A stretch of DNA of 63,471 nt, the filler included, from Vannella sp. (taxonomy: Eukaryota): NCBI GenBank assembly GCA_023345925.1. It is 9 parts of 9 records of this genome, joined end to end, with 100 filler letters (N's around TTAATTAATTAA, not from the genome) between each part and the next. Parts side by side here need not be neighbours in the genome. Positions count along the whole stretch, not along the records: positions 45,620 to 54,984 come from JAJQQN010000576.1; positions 55,085 to 60,936 come from JAJQQN010001258.1; 7 more parts are not named here. One strand, written 5' to 3'. The notes below the pieces were generated by a model. That model was not told the origin of the DNA and did no database searches. It saw only the letters and a program-made list of their open reading frames with translations. Position numbers and translations under genes: made by a program. Each line of letters starts with the position of its first letter. Position 1 is the first letter of the stretch. Shown here in pieces: positions 45,520 to 58,031 of the stretch.

Positions 45520-45619
45520 NNNNNNNNNNNNNNNNNNNNNNNNNNNNNNNNNNNNNNNNNNNNTTAATTAATTAANNNNNNNNNNNNNNNNNNNNNNNNN
45601 NNNNNNNNNNNNNNNNNNN

Positions 45620-48345
45620 CTGACTGCTATCGACATAAAGGAAGAATCGCACGAGCCAATGTCAAGAGTAGCATTTGGGTTGGTGACATTGAAAGCGAAG
45701 AGCTGGATAGGGTATTGGAGATATGTGTAAGAAAGTGAGCGAGTGCTCCTCCCGTAATTGGTCAGACAAGAGCTGACGTCCACTCCATTTAAGTTTGCCA
45801 GAATGTTAGAGCCAAAAGGATATCCTTGTTCGTATGCCACTTGACCTGGCTTGATCGCTGTTGCATTCTCACATGGATAGAGATCTTTCTCTACACCTTC
45901 ATATTGATAGCCTTCAGTGTATTCACTGACCTGAATCATAAACGGCCCTTCATCTTCAGAAGAAACAACAAAGTAAAGGTCCGCATCTTCCGGGAACAGG
46001 AAATTGCTTGGATCTTGAGGGAAAGTGAATTCAACTCCATTGTCACATACACTTGAGCTAGCTCCATAAACCTCATATAACGGATCACAAAAAGATCGGA
46101 GCGTCCGCACTGTCACGAGTATCGGAGATCCACACGTTGTCACTCGAATGTTGGAAGATCTTCGTACTTGATAATGGAACACAACCACGTTTCCTGGAAA
46201 GAGAGGATTCGAGTTAGCAGAAGCTGATGAGATATTCCCCATGCTCGGAATGCCTTCTGTCAACTCGATAGCAGTTTCGCAGGTCCATCCGGTTTCAACT
46301 GTCATAGATTCAGCCACGACAATCTCAGCGACGCCTATATTCAGCACAGCGATATGGATTGGTGTGCCAGGTGGTAGAGGATCAAGAAACAACATGCAAG
46401 TAGAAGTGAAGGAGTGGCAAACGAGTTGCCCGCACTCTCCAACATAGACAGCCAATCTTGGGGAAACATAGGAACCGGCTGAAGTTGAACATGCGCTTAC
46501 AATAGTATTGGTACCATTACCCGTGACATACTTGTAGAGAGTCGTGATGTTGCTCGTCACCCCAAAAGCTGGCACTGAGACATCTTCCATACAAGCAGGA
46601 ATCCCTGAGGAGGGAAATTGCAAAGTTCCAGTTGGCTGTTGATCCCGGGTATTGGCCTCCAACATTGTAATTGATGATGGAAGGCACACTGGTGAGAGGT
46701 AATGTTCTTCCAAAAGGAATTCGAATCGATTGGCAGCTGACGGATTGCTTTCGTAGACAAGCACCAAGAACTTTTGTCCTACTGAGGAAGAGAATGCCAA
46801 AGCGTTGGAGCCAGTCCAACATCCGCCTTCAGGGTCAGGCGCAATCGAAGTTATTCCACAATCAAAGGGAACGATTGCGATTATGGGGAAACCAATTGTG
46901 TCGAGACAAAGTGAAGCAGAGATACGGCTGTTGGAAAGGGTTGAGACATACTTGTACCATAGGACTCTGTTGGATCCAGCAAAAAGGGTTTGAACAAGAC
47001 GCGTATCTCCTGAAACTGGAACACCAGAAGTGACATTCTTATAACGAGCACACACATCATTAGCAGCTGGGTAGATAGGCGAGGCTTTGAGATACAAACG
47101 ATTGTTACCGCTGTTCGGATTATGATTCACAGCAATGATGAGTTGAGTTCCAGGGGCAGCTGAAACAACATCGATATACTCACTCAACCCGAATGGAGAG
47201 CAAAGTCTTGCGTCTGAGGGTAAAAAGCACTGCAAGTTTCCGCATCCACCAGTGTACAATGAAAGAGAGCCGTACGCGGTTGGATTGTTCGCCGCTCCAC
47301 AAGTAGAGAATCGAGTAGGACCTTCGAGAGTGTGCTTGAAGAACGAAACCAATCCTCCGCCAAAGTTGGAACAAGGAAGCGACTTCCCATGATACACAGA
47401 GAAGGTTGCCGACGAAAAGTCCTGTGAGTACGATGCACCGAGTTGGAGCTCCATGGCGTCTTCACAAGCCAAATTGTCGGTGAACGGAATGGCCAGTTCC
47501 ACTTTTAGGTAGAGATCAGTGTACAGATCCTGCGATACAGTAGCGGCTCCAATCAGTACAGCGACTAGCAACTCCTCCCCAACAACAAACGTATGTTTAG
47601 GGAGCCTGGGTTGAGAAGTGGCGTCTTGGAAGCGGAAGATGGCGTCCGTGCAACTTGGTTGAGAGCATCCGTTTCGGTAGAACACCACAGCAGCTGGGTA
47701 AACCCCTTGGAGACTGACAATAAGCTCCATGTCGCTCATAGCTGGAGAGTAACGGGTCAAGTAAAGCACGTAATCCAGCTCAGGGACGCAGTTAGGAAGG
47801 CCGAACTCCTCTACTTGATACGTAAGTGAGGTATGGAGTCCTTCAATGACACTATTGCTGAAGTAAGGGATAGTAGAACAGAGGGGAAGCTCCTCCACTC
47901 GGAGGGTGAACTCAGGAAAACCTTCGCCAGTATCTTGTATCGCCACGAGAACGTTGGTACGATTGAAAGTAGGGTTAACTATGACCTCAACCTGTAGGTT
48001 GCCACAAGAGGAAGACTCAAAGTTGGAAGTGCAGGTTGCATCAAGGTCTGCGTTAACGGCGTAAAAGTCCAGAGCCTTGAAACTTCCTCCAGGGACTCCA
48101 TCACAAAGAGAGAACCGAGTGCTGAGGGGGCGATGCACGGGAGTGAACAAGAAGAAGCGGGACGGGAAGGAGTTGGGAGAGTAAGGGCAACCCTCAAGAC
48201 CATACGCAAGCGTGCTCTCAGAGAGAGGCACTCCAGCGGTTGTGTCATTCACAACACCCAATCCAATAGACGTTGCCGTGCTTGGGCATTGTATGGCAAA
48301 AGCCAACAGACAGAGAGAAGCAAAGACCAGAAGGGAGAACCACAT
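45620..48345 (-). CDS. Large secreted Cys-rich repetitive protein (more than 900 aa, 3' truncated)
   Basis: Signal peptide; repeated modules of about 120-140 aa with NxxCxxAxxL, S/TxC and lyxGxCxxLxC motifs; no introns. Confidence 0.8.
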
Positions 48346-48546
48346 CCAAAAAAAGTGGCCATTCGATGAGAACCAATCGGCTCCTCCCTTTTTTCAGCTT
48401 TCAAAGAACCCCACCGAAAATTTATCGTCATTATTACATAATATCGAAATCCACTATTCGGTTTGCGTGGTTCATTCGATATTTTATATCAATACTTCTG
48501 GATTATTAAGTAGAGTGGTTTTCAGCCACTCAGTCTCGATACGTTG

Positions 48547-49421
48547 ATGTCGGACACGCGTTTGCAAGAGTCGCAGCAATGGATCGAGGAGATCACGGGG
48601 CAGCTCTTCCAAGGCGACTTTCAGGAGCATTTGAAGAGTGGAGTGGTGCTATGCGAGTGAGTTGAGGCAGCCCTAACTTCTTCGGAGGAACTCAAAAGGG
48701 AGGCAGGTTACTGAACAAGGTCAAGCCTGGTACCATCTCCAAGATCAATAGAAACCGCATGCCTTTTATGCAGATGGTAGTTCCTCTTCCGCCCCTCTTC
48801 TCGGTTGCTCATACTGTTGGCAGGAGAACATCAACGCTTACATCAACGCTTGCAAGGGTCTGGGTGTCCCTGACCAGTACAACTTTGTGACAGTGGACCT
48901 CTTCGAAGGCAAGAACCTCACTCAAGTGGCCCAGAACATCGTCACGCTCAAGAGGGAACTTGGCTATGGGTTTAACAAAAAGGCCCCCGAACAAGTCGTT
49001 GATGGCTACTCTCGGGACAATTCTGTGTCCTCTGAAGTCTTTGCACCCGTCAGTGAGGAGCCCACTCGCTTCCAAGATGGCACTCGAACAGGGGAGGCAC
49101 TCCGAGCGGGGCAAGGACAAGTTCACGAGGAACGCTTGGCCAAAGACTGCGCAGCCTGTGGTCGTTTGATCACTGCAGGCTTTGTCAATGCTTGCAACAC
49201 CTCCTGGCATCCTAACTGCTTCACCTGCAAGAAGTGTGGCACCAAACTGTCGAGCTCAAAGTACTATGAGCAGGACTCCGTGGGTTACTGTGATCGTTGC
49301 ATTCTTATCATCAAACCTAAGGCCACTGTAAAGAGTGCTGTATGTACCTCCTCTTCGCTTGTCCTCAAAGAAGCTAACATTGGACCAGACACGCGACATG
49401 GGTTTCAAGTTTGGCAACTGA
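48547..49421 (+). CDS. Calponin-homology and LIM domain cytoskeletal protein (3 introns)
   Basis: LKSGVVLCELLNKVKPG, MENINAYINAC and TVDLFEGKNL; LIM domain CAACGRLI...WHPNCFTCKKC...YCDRC. Confidence 0.9.
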
Positions 49422-49468
49422 GGGCTGGAGACTCGTGTTCTCTTGTTAAATAACAGATTCTAAGCCGT

Positions 49469-50545
49469 TTATGCTTCTTCTATGGTAAAGGTATGCGCGT
49501 CTGCCAAAGGAACAACGAGAAAGGAAGGAAACTCGATGACAATTCTGCCGCTCAGGTTCTCTGCAAGGCTGCGCGTCCCATCAATCCGGTAGTAGCTTGG
49601 ACGATCTGCAGTGGTATTGTACTTGGGTATTAGGAAGATGATATCGCTTCTACCAGGCGCCAGGAGCCGGGTTAATCGCTCCCTCAGCTTCTTCCTCTCA
49701 GAAACCGAGAAGGAAGAGTCACCACTGTTGCTAGTCGCTATCAAACTTTCCCAAATGGGCTCAAAGGCATCGTTCACAAGCGTACAGTCCTCCACACGGT
49801 CGGTTGTGAGTCGGACGGGCTCTGAGGAGCTCTCTGAGGTGATTTCCGAGCCGATTGGCTCTCCGTGGAGCACCCATTCGACTCTCCAGAAGAGTTTCTT
49901 GTTCCTGTATGCGTAGAATGTTGTGTTGCTCTTCCTTCGTGTCATGCCTCGAGGTAAGAGCCTTAGAGTCACTCCTCGGTCTGCTGCTTCACTCACCAGC
50001 TTGCGAAGAGCAACTGGAAGAGTCGATTGGACGTCAGATCCCGGTCCTATTGCTTGGATGTCTCCATCGCCCCCTCCTATTGGCGTAGCTTCAGCAGAAG
50101 GCTCGTCACCTTCCCCAGCCGAGCTGTGATTGCGTCCTTTCGGGCCTGATCGTTTCGTATTCTTTCCCTGACGCGAGCTGTTTCGATGAGAGTCACCTGA
50201 TAGCCGCTCTACCTCCTTCAGGAAGAAGAAATCATCTCGAAGAGTGTTCTCATTCATCTCACTGACCGTGTAGAACTCACAGGAGCGCTTTCCAGTACAT
50301 CCCGTTGTTCCCTTGTGGTTCTTAACGCAATCAAGTGAACAAGAACGCATGGAGCACCCTGGACATGTGTACTTGGCCGCTTGCTCATGGCAAACTTCGC
50401 ACTCTGTCGCCCTCCGCTTCTGAGGCGGGCCAGAGAGACCTGCTTCTCTCTCCAACGCAGGAGCGATGATCTGATCTTGCTGCAAAGCCTCCAATAGTTG
50501 CTCTGGGGTCAATCCAATCTCCTCCAACCCTCCAAACTCCTCCAT
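49469..50545 (-). CDS. ZNHIT6: Box C/D snoRNP assembly factor BCD1/ZNHIT6
   Basis: zf-HIT CEVC..AKYTCPGCSMRSCSLDCVKNHK..GCTGKR, DFFFL, LLPRGMTRRKSNTT, FWRVEW and LSGRIVIEFP. Confidence 0.9.
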   Translation of the reverse strand: MEEFGGLEEIGLTPEQLLEALQQDQIIAPALEREAGLSGPPQKRRATECEVCHEQAAKYTCPGCSMRSCSLDCVKNHKGTTGCTGKRSCEFYTVSEMNENTLRDDFFFLKEVERLSGDSHRNSSRQGKNTKRSGPKGRNHSSAGEGDEPSAEATPIGGGDGDIQAIGPGSDVQSTLPVALRKLVSEAADRGVTLRLLPRGMTRRKSNTTFYAYRNKKLFWRVEWVLHGEPIGSEITSESSSEPVRLTTDRVEDCTLVNDAFEPIWESLIATSNSGDSSFSVSERKKLRERLTRLLAPGRSDIIFLIPKYNTTADRPSYYRIDGTRSLAENLSGRIVIEFPSFLVVPLADAHTFTIEEA

Positions 50546-50631
50546 CGCCCGCCAGAAGCTAAAGAATGGCCCTGTACACCTTGCATCTCATCCGGATAGC
50601 TCGTTGGCCATTATCAAAGCGATTGGGGCTG

Positions 50632-51298
50632 ATGGAGGGGTCTGGAGGGGACGATGTGTGGGATGCGCTGCGTTCTGGGAACCTTACGCAGGTGGTAACG
50701 TTGTTTGAGAACCCGACGGAAGACTTGTTGGTGCTGGTGGACCAAGGGGGCAACACACCTTTGCATATCTGCGCAGCTTGGGGCTTTGCTGATATCACCC
50801 GCTTCCTACTTCGGAAGGGCGCGCGTGTAGCAACAGTGAACATCAGAGGATACACACCACTTCATTGGGCAGCTATGAATGGACATGATGCGGTCTGCTC
50901 CCTCCTGTTAGAAGCGAAATCTCCCATTCGCGAAGACATGGTGCGCTCCTGCCTCCCCTTCTCCAGTTGCACTCTTCCTAACTCTCTCACAGAAGAAGCA
51001 AACACCTCTACACTTGGCTTGCGCCAACGGGCACATCAGCACCGTGAACTTCTTGGTGATGCACGGCGCCTCACTTCAAGCGCAAGATGAGGTACATTGG
51101 CCTTCGCAGGGTCCTTCTGCGAGACTGATAGTGTGTTTGTAGCAGAAGAAGACCCCGCTAGACCTCGTCCCTTCGAGAAAGAAGGAGCTTTTCCAAGCCC
51201 TTGTGGACGGCAAGCTGCGCAAGTTCCTCGCTCAACAGCAGAACCGCATTGAGGCGTTGGAGACCCTTCTTGAAGAGAACAGTCGTTCTGGCAAGTAG
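50632..51298 (+). CDS. Small ankyrin-repeat protein (2 introns)
   Basis: GNTPLHICAAWG, GYTPLHWAAMNGH and QTPLHLACANGH repeats. Confidence 0.85.
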
Positions 51299-51404
51299 CT
51301 GTCTCTGGTGAGAGGCAACAGCCTGTAATGTACAGTCTTTCGGAACCTCGGAGCTTCAGTTGGGTTTATGACGTGATGGGAGCTCGGGTGGCCTGTTGGC
51401 ATGC

Positions 51405-51774
51405 TTAATAGATCACTCGGGCGTTCTCTTGATGAGCGACGTCTGAGTTCTGGACCAGACGAGGATCAACCTTCAAGCTGCCCCTCAAAGGTAAGAAACC
51501 TTCTCCGTTGGGGGTAGAAAGGAGAAACCTACCTCTGGAGACTTGGAGAGTTGGCAGCTGCCTTGCGAGTCTGCTGAAAGAAGGCAACAATCTTCTCATC
51601 GGGCTTGTAAGACTCAGGAGCCAACTCATTGCGAAGCTCGACGATCTGCTTCTTAAGACTCTCCTGTCGCTCATAGTAGACACTCTCGGGACTGTGTACG
51701 CTCTTAGTGAACACAGCAGGGCGAACAGCAGCACGAGCGACCGCGAAAGAGTTGACAGCGGCACAGCGAAGCAT
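51405..51774 (-). CDS. Small orphan protein with a mitochondrial presequence-like N-terminus
   Basis: MLRCAAVNSFAVARAAVRPAVFTKSVHS is Arg/Ala-rich and lacks acidic residues. Either a 49-nt intron at 51484-51532 or a stop at 51529. Confidence 0.55.
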
Positions 51775-51851
51775 CCAAGACCACCAAAAAATGACCAAAC
51801 TCGTCCCCGCCATTATCATTAATAAAGTCGATTTAATACTTATTATTTGAG

Positions 51852-53271
51852 ATGAGTCGGCGGCAGGTCGCTTTCCTTCACCCGGACTTGGGCATTGGTG
51901 GGTGGATGGTGGAGGGTGAGAGGAAGGTGATTGGGTTCTAATGATGGAGGGGAAGGAGGGGCGGAGCGATTGGTGGTGGATGCGGCGGTGGCGTTGCAGG
52001 AGCGGGGGGATGACGTGGTGATTTATACGTCGCACTGTAGTCCCAGCCACTCGTTCAGGGAGACCCAGGATGGTACTTTGCGTGTGGTAGTCATGGGAGA
52101 TTGGCTCCCAAAGACCGTGGGTGGGCGCTTCAAGGCGTTCTTTGCCTACCTTAGAATGATCTATGTCGCCCTTTGGATGATCTTCAGCGTTCCCATTGAT
52201 GTGGCTATCCTCGATCAAGTATCCTTACCTATACCACTCTTCAAGTGGGCTGGCATTAAGGTAGGACCACCCGCCCTCCCTTTGAGTACGAACTCACTTG
52301 CTCAGACACTCTTTTACTGTCACTATCCGGACAAGCTCCTGACCCAAAGGGCCACGTGGGTCAAGTTCCTGTATCGCTTCCCCATTGATTGGATGGAAGA
52401 ATGGACGACAGGGCAGGCAGACGAGGTACTTGTGAATAGCAAGTTCACTGCGGGAGTGTTTCGAGAATCGTTCCCTTCCATCCGTCGGGAACCGACTGTC
52501 CTCTATCCTGCCATTAACTTTACAGCCATGAAGAGAGGGGTAGATGCCCAGAGCGTCCTAGAGCGCCATGGATTCCTGCAAAAAGACTTTTTCTTGTCCA
52601 TCAATCGATTCGAGAGGAAAAAGAACATTTCCTTGGCTGTGGAGGCATTCAGCGTTCTCAAGACAATCTTGTCAGAAGACGAGTTTGATGGGCTTCATCT
52701 TGTTATTGCTGGGGGCTATGACCCCCAGTTACCAGAGAATCGGGAAGTTTTTAACGAGTTGAAGACTTTGGTCAGCCACGAGGATCTAACCAAGAGTGTG
52801 ACCTTTATGCCTTCCTTCTCCGATGAAGAAAAAGAATCTCTTCTGTCAACGTGCTTTGCTGTCATCTACACACCAAGCAATGAACATTTCGGGATCGTTC
52901 CTGTGGAGGGAATGTACTTTGAGAAGGTACTTCCTCTTCCATCTAGATGTTGCTTGATTGACTTACCGTTCTATTCAGCCAGTGATTGCTGTCAATAGCG
53001 GTGGTCCAATGGAGAGTATCGAGCACGAAAAGACTGGAATGTTATGCAATCCAACTTCTTCTGCCTTCTCTGCTGCAATGAGTGGGCTGTGGAAGCACAA
53101 AAGTAGGGTAAGATAGCCATAACTCGCAAAAGTGACTATCCTGAAGTGAAAATACAGGCCGAGCAAATGGGTCAACAGGGAAAGGCCCGAACAGTTCGAA
53201 TGTTCTCTTTGGATCAATTTGGGAGGGACTTACAAGCTATTGTAGAGTCGCTTTCTCCTGCTCATAACTGA
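51852..53271 (+). CDS. ALG2: Alpha-1,3/1,6-mannosyltransferase ALG2 (4 introns)
   Basis: FLHPDLGIGGAERLVVDAA, FYCHYPD, LSINRFERKKN, YTPSNEHFGIVPVE and NSGGPMES. Confidence 0.95.
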
Positions 53272-53368
53272 ACTCGCCCTGTAGCTGCCGTGGACAGCGA
53301 AGTTTCTGTGATTTGGTTTATGAACGGAAGAGCTTCGCTCAATACAATAAGGCAGTTATCGTTATCCA

Positions 53369-54984
53369 CTACCAGGTGTTCACACTATCTCTTTTGGTAT
53401 CGGGCAACTCTGATGATTGCTCATTAGCATTCCAGTCTATCCGACTTGGGAGTAGCACACGGTTCGGTGTGCTGCTGCTCATTGGGAGGATGGGAACATA
53501 CTGCCGCATAATTGATTCGCTGAGGAGCTCCGTGGTGGGAGCCAAACTGCCTTCTGATAAAGACATGTCTCCCACCAAAAAGAGATCATCAAAAGGAGGT
53601 AAGGCATGCGCGAACAAACTATTCCCTTCTAAAGCGCGACCTCCTTGTCCAAATCCTGTGCCACCTGGGAACATAAAGTGATCCATTCCACGTCCGACGG
53701 GAATGTTCTGCGGGAAAATGGGTCCCATATACATCCCTGAAAGATCTGGCTGAGGGAATTCGGCTGTTTGATCAGCCGAGACGAAGCTGTTGAAGATCTC
53801 CAGCGGCACAAAGTCGTATTCAAACTCCAGGATCTCTAAGAGAGATGCACATAAACTTTCTGCCACTGTTCCAACGTGCACACTTGGAGGGGTATAAGCA
53901 CCCCAGATGAAGTTGGCATCCGACACAAAGACGCCACGAGGGAGGAGAATTATTCTCTTCTCCCCAGGGAGTACCTGCTTCCACAGTTTCTCTAGATAGG
54001 TGGCAATCGAGCACATCTTCTTACTTCGACTGACAGATAATCTGGGTTCATACAAGTCAGTTAGGCTGAGAGGAAGAGCGAATGGATGCCAACTGACGTG
54101 AGATAGGGGCTTAGCTGCGTGATTAGAAGCTGATTCTCAACCAAGAGGTTACAAGGAAAGAGTTTGATCGTATAGGACTCCAATCGGGTCTGATCTGGCA
54201 TCACAGGACTCGATTCGTTGGACGTAGGGAGCTCAGTGGTTGTGTTATTGCGGTGGAATCCAAGCTCCTGAGACTGGACAGTCTGCCCGTAGTAGCTACT
54301 ATCAAACCCCCTTCCTTGAGGTAGCCTGTGGTTCACATCATCGAGCCCAATCTCGCGTCGTTGTGTTGCCGGTTGCGGGGGAGCCTGCTGGCGTCCGATC
54401 AAGGGACGCTCCGGCCTTGAAACGATGCTTTGTTGCGTGGCATCGGTATTGGAGGTAGCAACGGTTGCAGCAGGGCGTCCTCTTGGGGGATTCTTGCTGT
54501 AAAAGAGCTTAGAATGAGTGCAGTTCCCCGCAAACACCTCGCTTACGTTCGATGCTGATTCAGAACAGAGAGTATGGTGTCTTTGATGATACGTTGAGAG
54601 GTAGAACAAGCTCTTAGCTCGCAAAAGGTTCGGATGAGGAGAGTGACCTCATGAATATTAGCAGCGACGATCTCCTTGTCCCACGGAGGCCCAACGCAAG
54701 CACGGACGCCCTTCAGCAAGCGATAGAAATAGTCACGAGTCTATACAAGGCGTCAATACGGGAGAAGAGACCAGAACGAGGGCGAGACACACGAACCTGA
54801 GAGTAGTCCTTGGTCCCAATGTCCGAAGAGATCCGCGCAAAGTCCCTCTGGTACGAGGCCAGTCCAGCTAAGAAAACGTCTGTCTCAGCAAGGGACCACG
54901 TGTTGTATTTGCGCTTTGTCGGCTTCCCCGGCCCGGTCCCGGCGTCTCCCATTCCCCCAATCACCCAAATAATGGTCTCATCAT
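53369..54984 (-). CDS. SANT/Myb protein, TKI1/Cramped-like (multi-exon, possibly 5' truncated)
   Basis: TWSLAETDVFLAGL..YQRDFARI..IGTKDYSQVR; second conserved block IKLFPCN...SPYL.LSV..SKKM.SI..YL..LW. Confidence 0.6.
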
Positions 54985-55604
54985 NNNNNNNNNNNNNNNN
55001 NNNNNNNNNNNNNNNNNNNNNNNNNNNNTTAATTAATTAANNNNNNNNNNNNNNNNNNNNNNNNNNNNNNNNNNNNNNNNNNNNGAACGGCGAAAGGAGA
55101 GTGAGAGTGGGAGACCCTTGGTAGGTAGTGGCAATACACCACTTTTGGATTTGTCGAGGACCCGGACTACAGAATCAGCGGCCTCCTTAGCAGGCTATTG
55201 GAACGTGGTTTAACGGTTCCTGACTTTTGACCTTTTCGGGATATCTCTGTGCTTTGATCACTTGCCACCCGGAGCTTTAAAGCATCTCCACCAGGCATGT
55301 TCATAAATACTGTTTAAGACGAAGATACCCCAAAGCGAAGAGTCCGTTTTGGGACCCAATGAATCCCCTTTCACCTTTGAGAGTGTCACAAAGCCTCACG
55401 AGATTCCTATCAGATCTCTTTAAACAATCCCAATAGCTCATGCTGAAGAGATGGAGGTCATCAAGAGAAGCTACGCACAAAGAGGAGTTCCCCCTCTCGG
55501 ATTTTCTTATCATTTGAGTCTAAATCCCTGACTGTCTGGGAGACATGATTCGCGGATCATGACCGAATTTAGAGGTTCCTTTCAACAGAGCCGGTGAGAA
55601 CTCA

Positions 55605-57022
55605 CTATTTGGATCCTTGAGACTCTCCCATCCGTTCGAGGTACATTCCAATTGCGTCATGAATCAGTGGTTGGCGATAGAAGCTTGACAAACGAGTGGC
55701 TTCTCCTTCCCTGGTATTGCTGTTGTTGATCTGTGGAGAATGAGAAGAGGACCCCTTTTTGATTCAAAAGGCTCCCACCTTAAAGGCATGAGTCTGAGTT
55801 GCGATAGCATCATTCAGAAACTGAATTGGGTTCTCTTGAAATGCCACCATTACATCCCGAAGTGCACGATGGCGGTCAATCTTCCCTATCAAAGAATTGA
55901 TCTTCCCGTTGGCGTTAGCAATCCTGTCCGCTGTCAACATCGACGTCATACCCTTTCATCCAACACTTTGATCTCTTGGCTAGGTCCGGCAGAGTCCGTT
56001 GGCTTTGCCTCGGAAACCTGCACCTCAAAGGATTGAATGTTCTTCAAAGGATCCCCCGATACTCTGCCTCCCTTTGTAAATGCGCGCTGTCGGGAATACC
56101 AAACGACGTACCGAACAACATAGTCGATTTCAATGGGATCTGGAGGGCTTAGATGCTCCTGTAGTAACTGAGGCAGCTCGGAGAGTGTCAATGTGGCTCG
56201 TTGGAACACTCCTTGAAGGGGCTCATCGAGGTGTATGATTGAGGGATCTTTTTCGTCTGTCTTACAGGAGGCTTTGATGTACTGCCAGAGCTTGACAATC
56301 ACTCGAGAGCGGGTATCTGTATGTAACCGCACCAATTCAGCCAGGGCAGGCTCCAGCTTGTATTTGGGAGGCGAGTAAGCAACGTGTAAGAGTATCTTGA
56401 CTTTGGTGTCTCTGTCTCCTGCTCTGTGGACCTCAAAGCCGTCTGATTCGATGGAATGATCCTGAGCGCGATCCCACTCAATCACATTGTCCTCTGGGAA
56501 GAGTAGAGGGTCCAATTGAATGACTGCGCGTCTGAAGTAGCAAGAGAACTTCTTCTCGCTGGCACCTGCAGGGTCTACACCTTGTCCCTCGATCCGAAGG
56601 GTCCACGATGGAGTCCCCAGCACTGCATTCTACTTAGGGTGAGTGGGGATGCTCCATGAGTATGTCCTTTTACCTGCTCCACTTGATAGCTTCCTCCTTG
56701 CTCGCTAAAGGTGTTGTACACAGAGAGGTTGATGGTTTTGGGAGGCTAACACTGTTAAGAAGGCTCTTTGAGGAGCCAAAGGCCTCACCCTGGAAACCAC
56801 AGAGTGAAGGGCATCATTCATTATGCTCTGCTTCCGCAGAAGGCAGCTATCAATGCGCTTCTCATAAGCCGCAAGCTCTTGAAACAGAGCGCACTCGGGG
56901 ATAACAGGAGCTATCTTTCGAAGAACATCCGCCTTTGCTGCCGCAGATCTCCTGCCCTTCACATCAGCACAACAAAGATCAAACAGAAAGTCCTCCCACC
57001 TCGCAGTCGTTGGCCTCGGCAT
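55605..57022 (-). CDS. SMARCD1: SWI/SNF subunit BAF60/SMARCD (SWIB domain), multi-exon
   Basis: IPECALFQEL..YEKRID, WTLRIEG, KFSCYF, DGFEVHRAGD, LWQYIK and PPDPIEIDY. Confidence 0.88.
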
Positions 57023-57138
57023 GACCCCCAAAGAATGATCATTTGGTCATTAAATCCCATTCAGCTGATATTCTCAAAACTTTTGTGATTTAAGACGGGA
57101 TTGCCTATTACCAGAGCCATTTTATTTTGTCCCCGAGG

Positions 57139-57801
57139 ATGGACGTGTCTGACCTTTACCACAGCGTCATTGATGACGTTTGCAACAAGGTTGCCGCAGA
57201 GTTTGAGAATGCGAACGTCCCAGATCACCTTCTGCTGGAGCTAAAGAGGGTATGAGGGATCCCTGAGTGATGCAGCAGGGACTGATTTTTGTCAGCTTTG
57301 GGGAGAGAAGTTGGCCGCCACAAAGGTCCTCCCTGACCTGGAGCGCAGTACAGTGTTGTACCCTCAGCGGATGATCAATAGCCAACAGTCTTTCCAACAC
57401 GCCCAGCAAATGGTAAGACACGGCTCCCTTCAAGGGAGTTATCTCCTGACTTTGTGTCTTCTCAGGCGCAGAACTTCGCCAACGCCAATCGGTCACATCA
57501 GCGGTTCTCTCAAGGTGACGGCGCCGATACGGACGAGTTCGATGGCGTTGAATCCTACGACTTTTCCCCAACAAGTCCTGTTCGCGTCGAGGGGGAAGAG
57601 CCTGTGGGGTCAGACCTGGACGATAATTCAGAAGAGAACGAGCCAGAAACCAGCGATTACATCGTCTGTCAGTTTGAGAAGGTGAACCGAGTGAAAAACA
57701 AGCACAAATGCCAACTCAAGGACGGCATCATGCACATCAATGGCCGTGACCACCTCTTTAGCAAGGCCCCTTGTGATTTCGAGTTTTACTACCGCTCATA
57801 A
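57139..57801 (+). CDS. GTF2A1: Transcription factor IIA large (alpha/beta) subunit (2 introns)
   Basis: LYHSVIDDVC..LLELKRLWGEKL, GSDLDD and IVCQFEKVNRVKNKHKCQLKDGIMHING. Confidence 0.93.
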
Positions 57802-57925
57802 ACTCTCTTCACAACCGAACAACATCTCCTGTTCATGGAGAGAATGAGAGAATTCACCACCCCAATTCCCCGCTGGTCGACAGCCCTCAAGGGGGAAGAC
57901 GTTTCACCAGATTTAAATAAAGAGA

Positions 57926-57984
57926 GTTCAGGTTTCGGGTTCAGGGTGACAGAAAAGAGAGTTCAGATTTAGGGTTTAGGGTTT
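57926..57984 (+). repeat. Short telomere-like (TTTAGGG/TTCAGGG) tract in the CUL4 promoter
   Basis: tttagggtttagggttt at 57968-57984, preceded by ttcaggtttcgggttcaggg. Confidence 0.45.
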
Positions 57985-58031
57985 GAAGTTCGAGAAAAGC
58001 GTAATCAAACCACTTTCGAAGGCTCTCGGAG

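Noticed and set aside
57500..57525. QGDG in TFIIA as an altered Taspase1 cleavage site
   Set aside because: It sits where the Q[V/L]DG site is expected, but a one-residue difference is not enough to claim changed processing.
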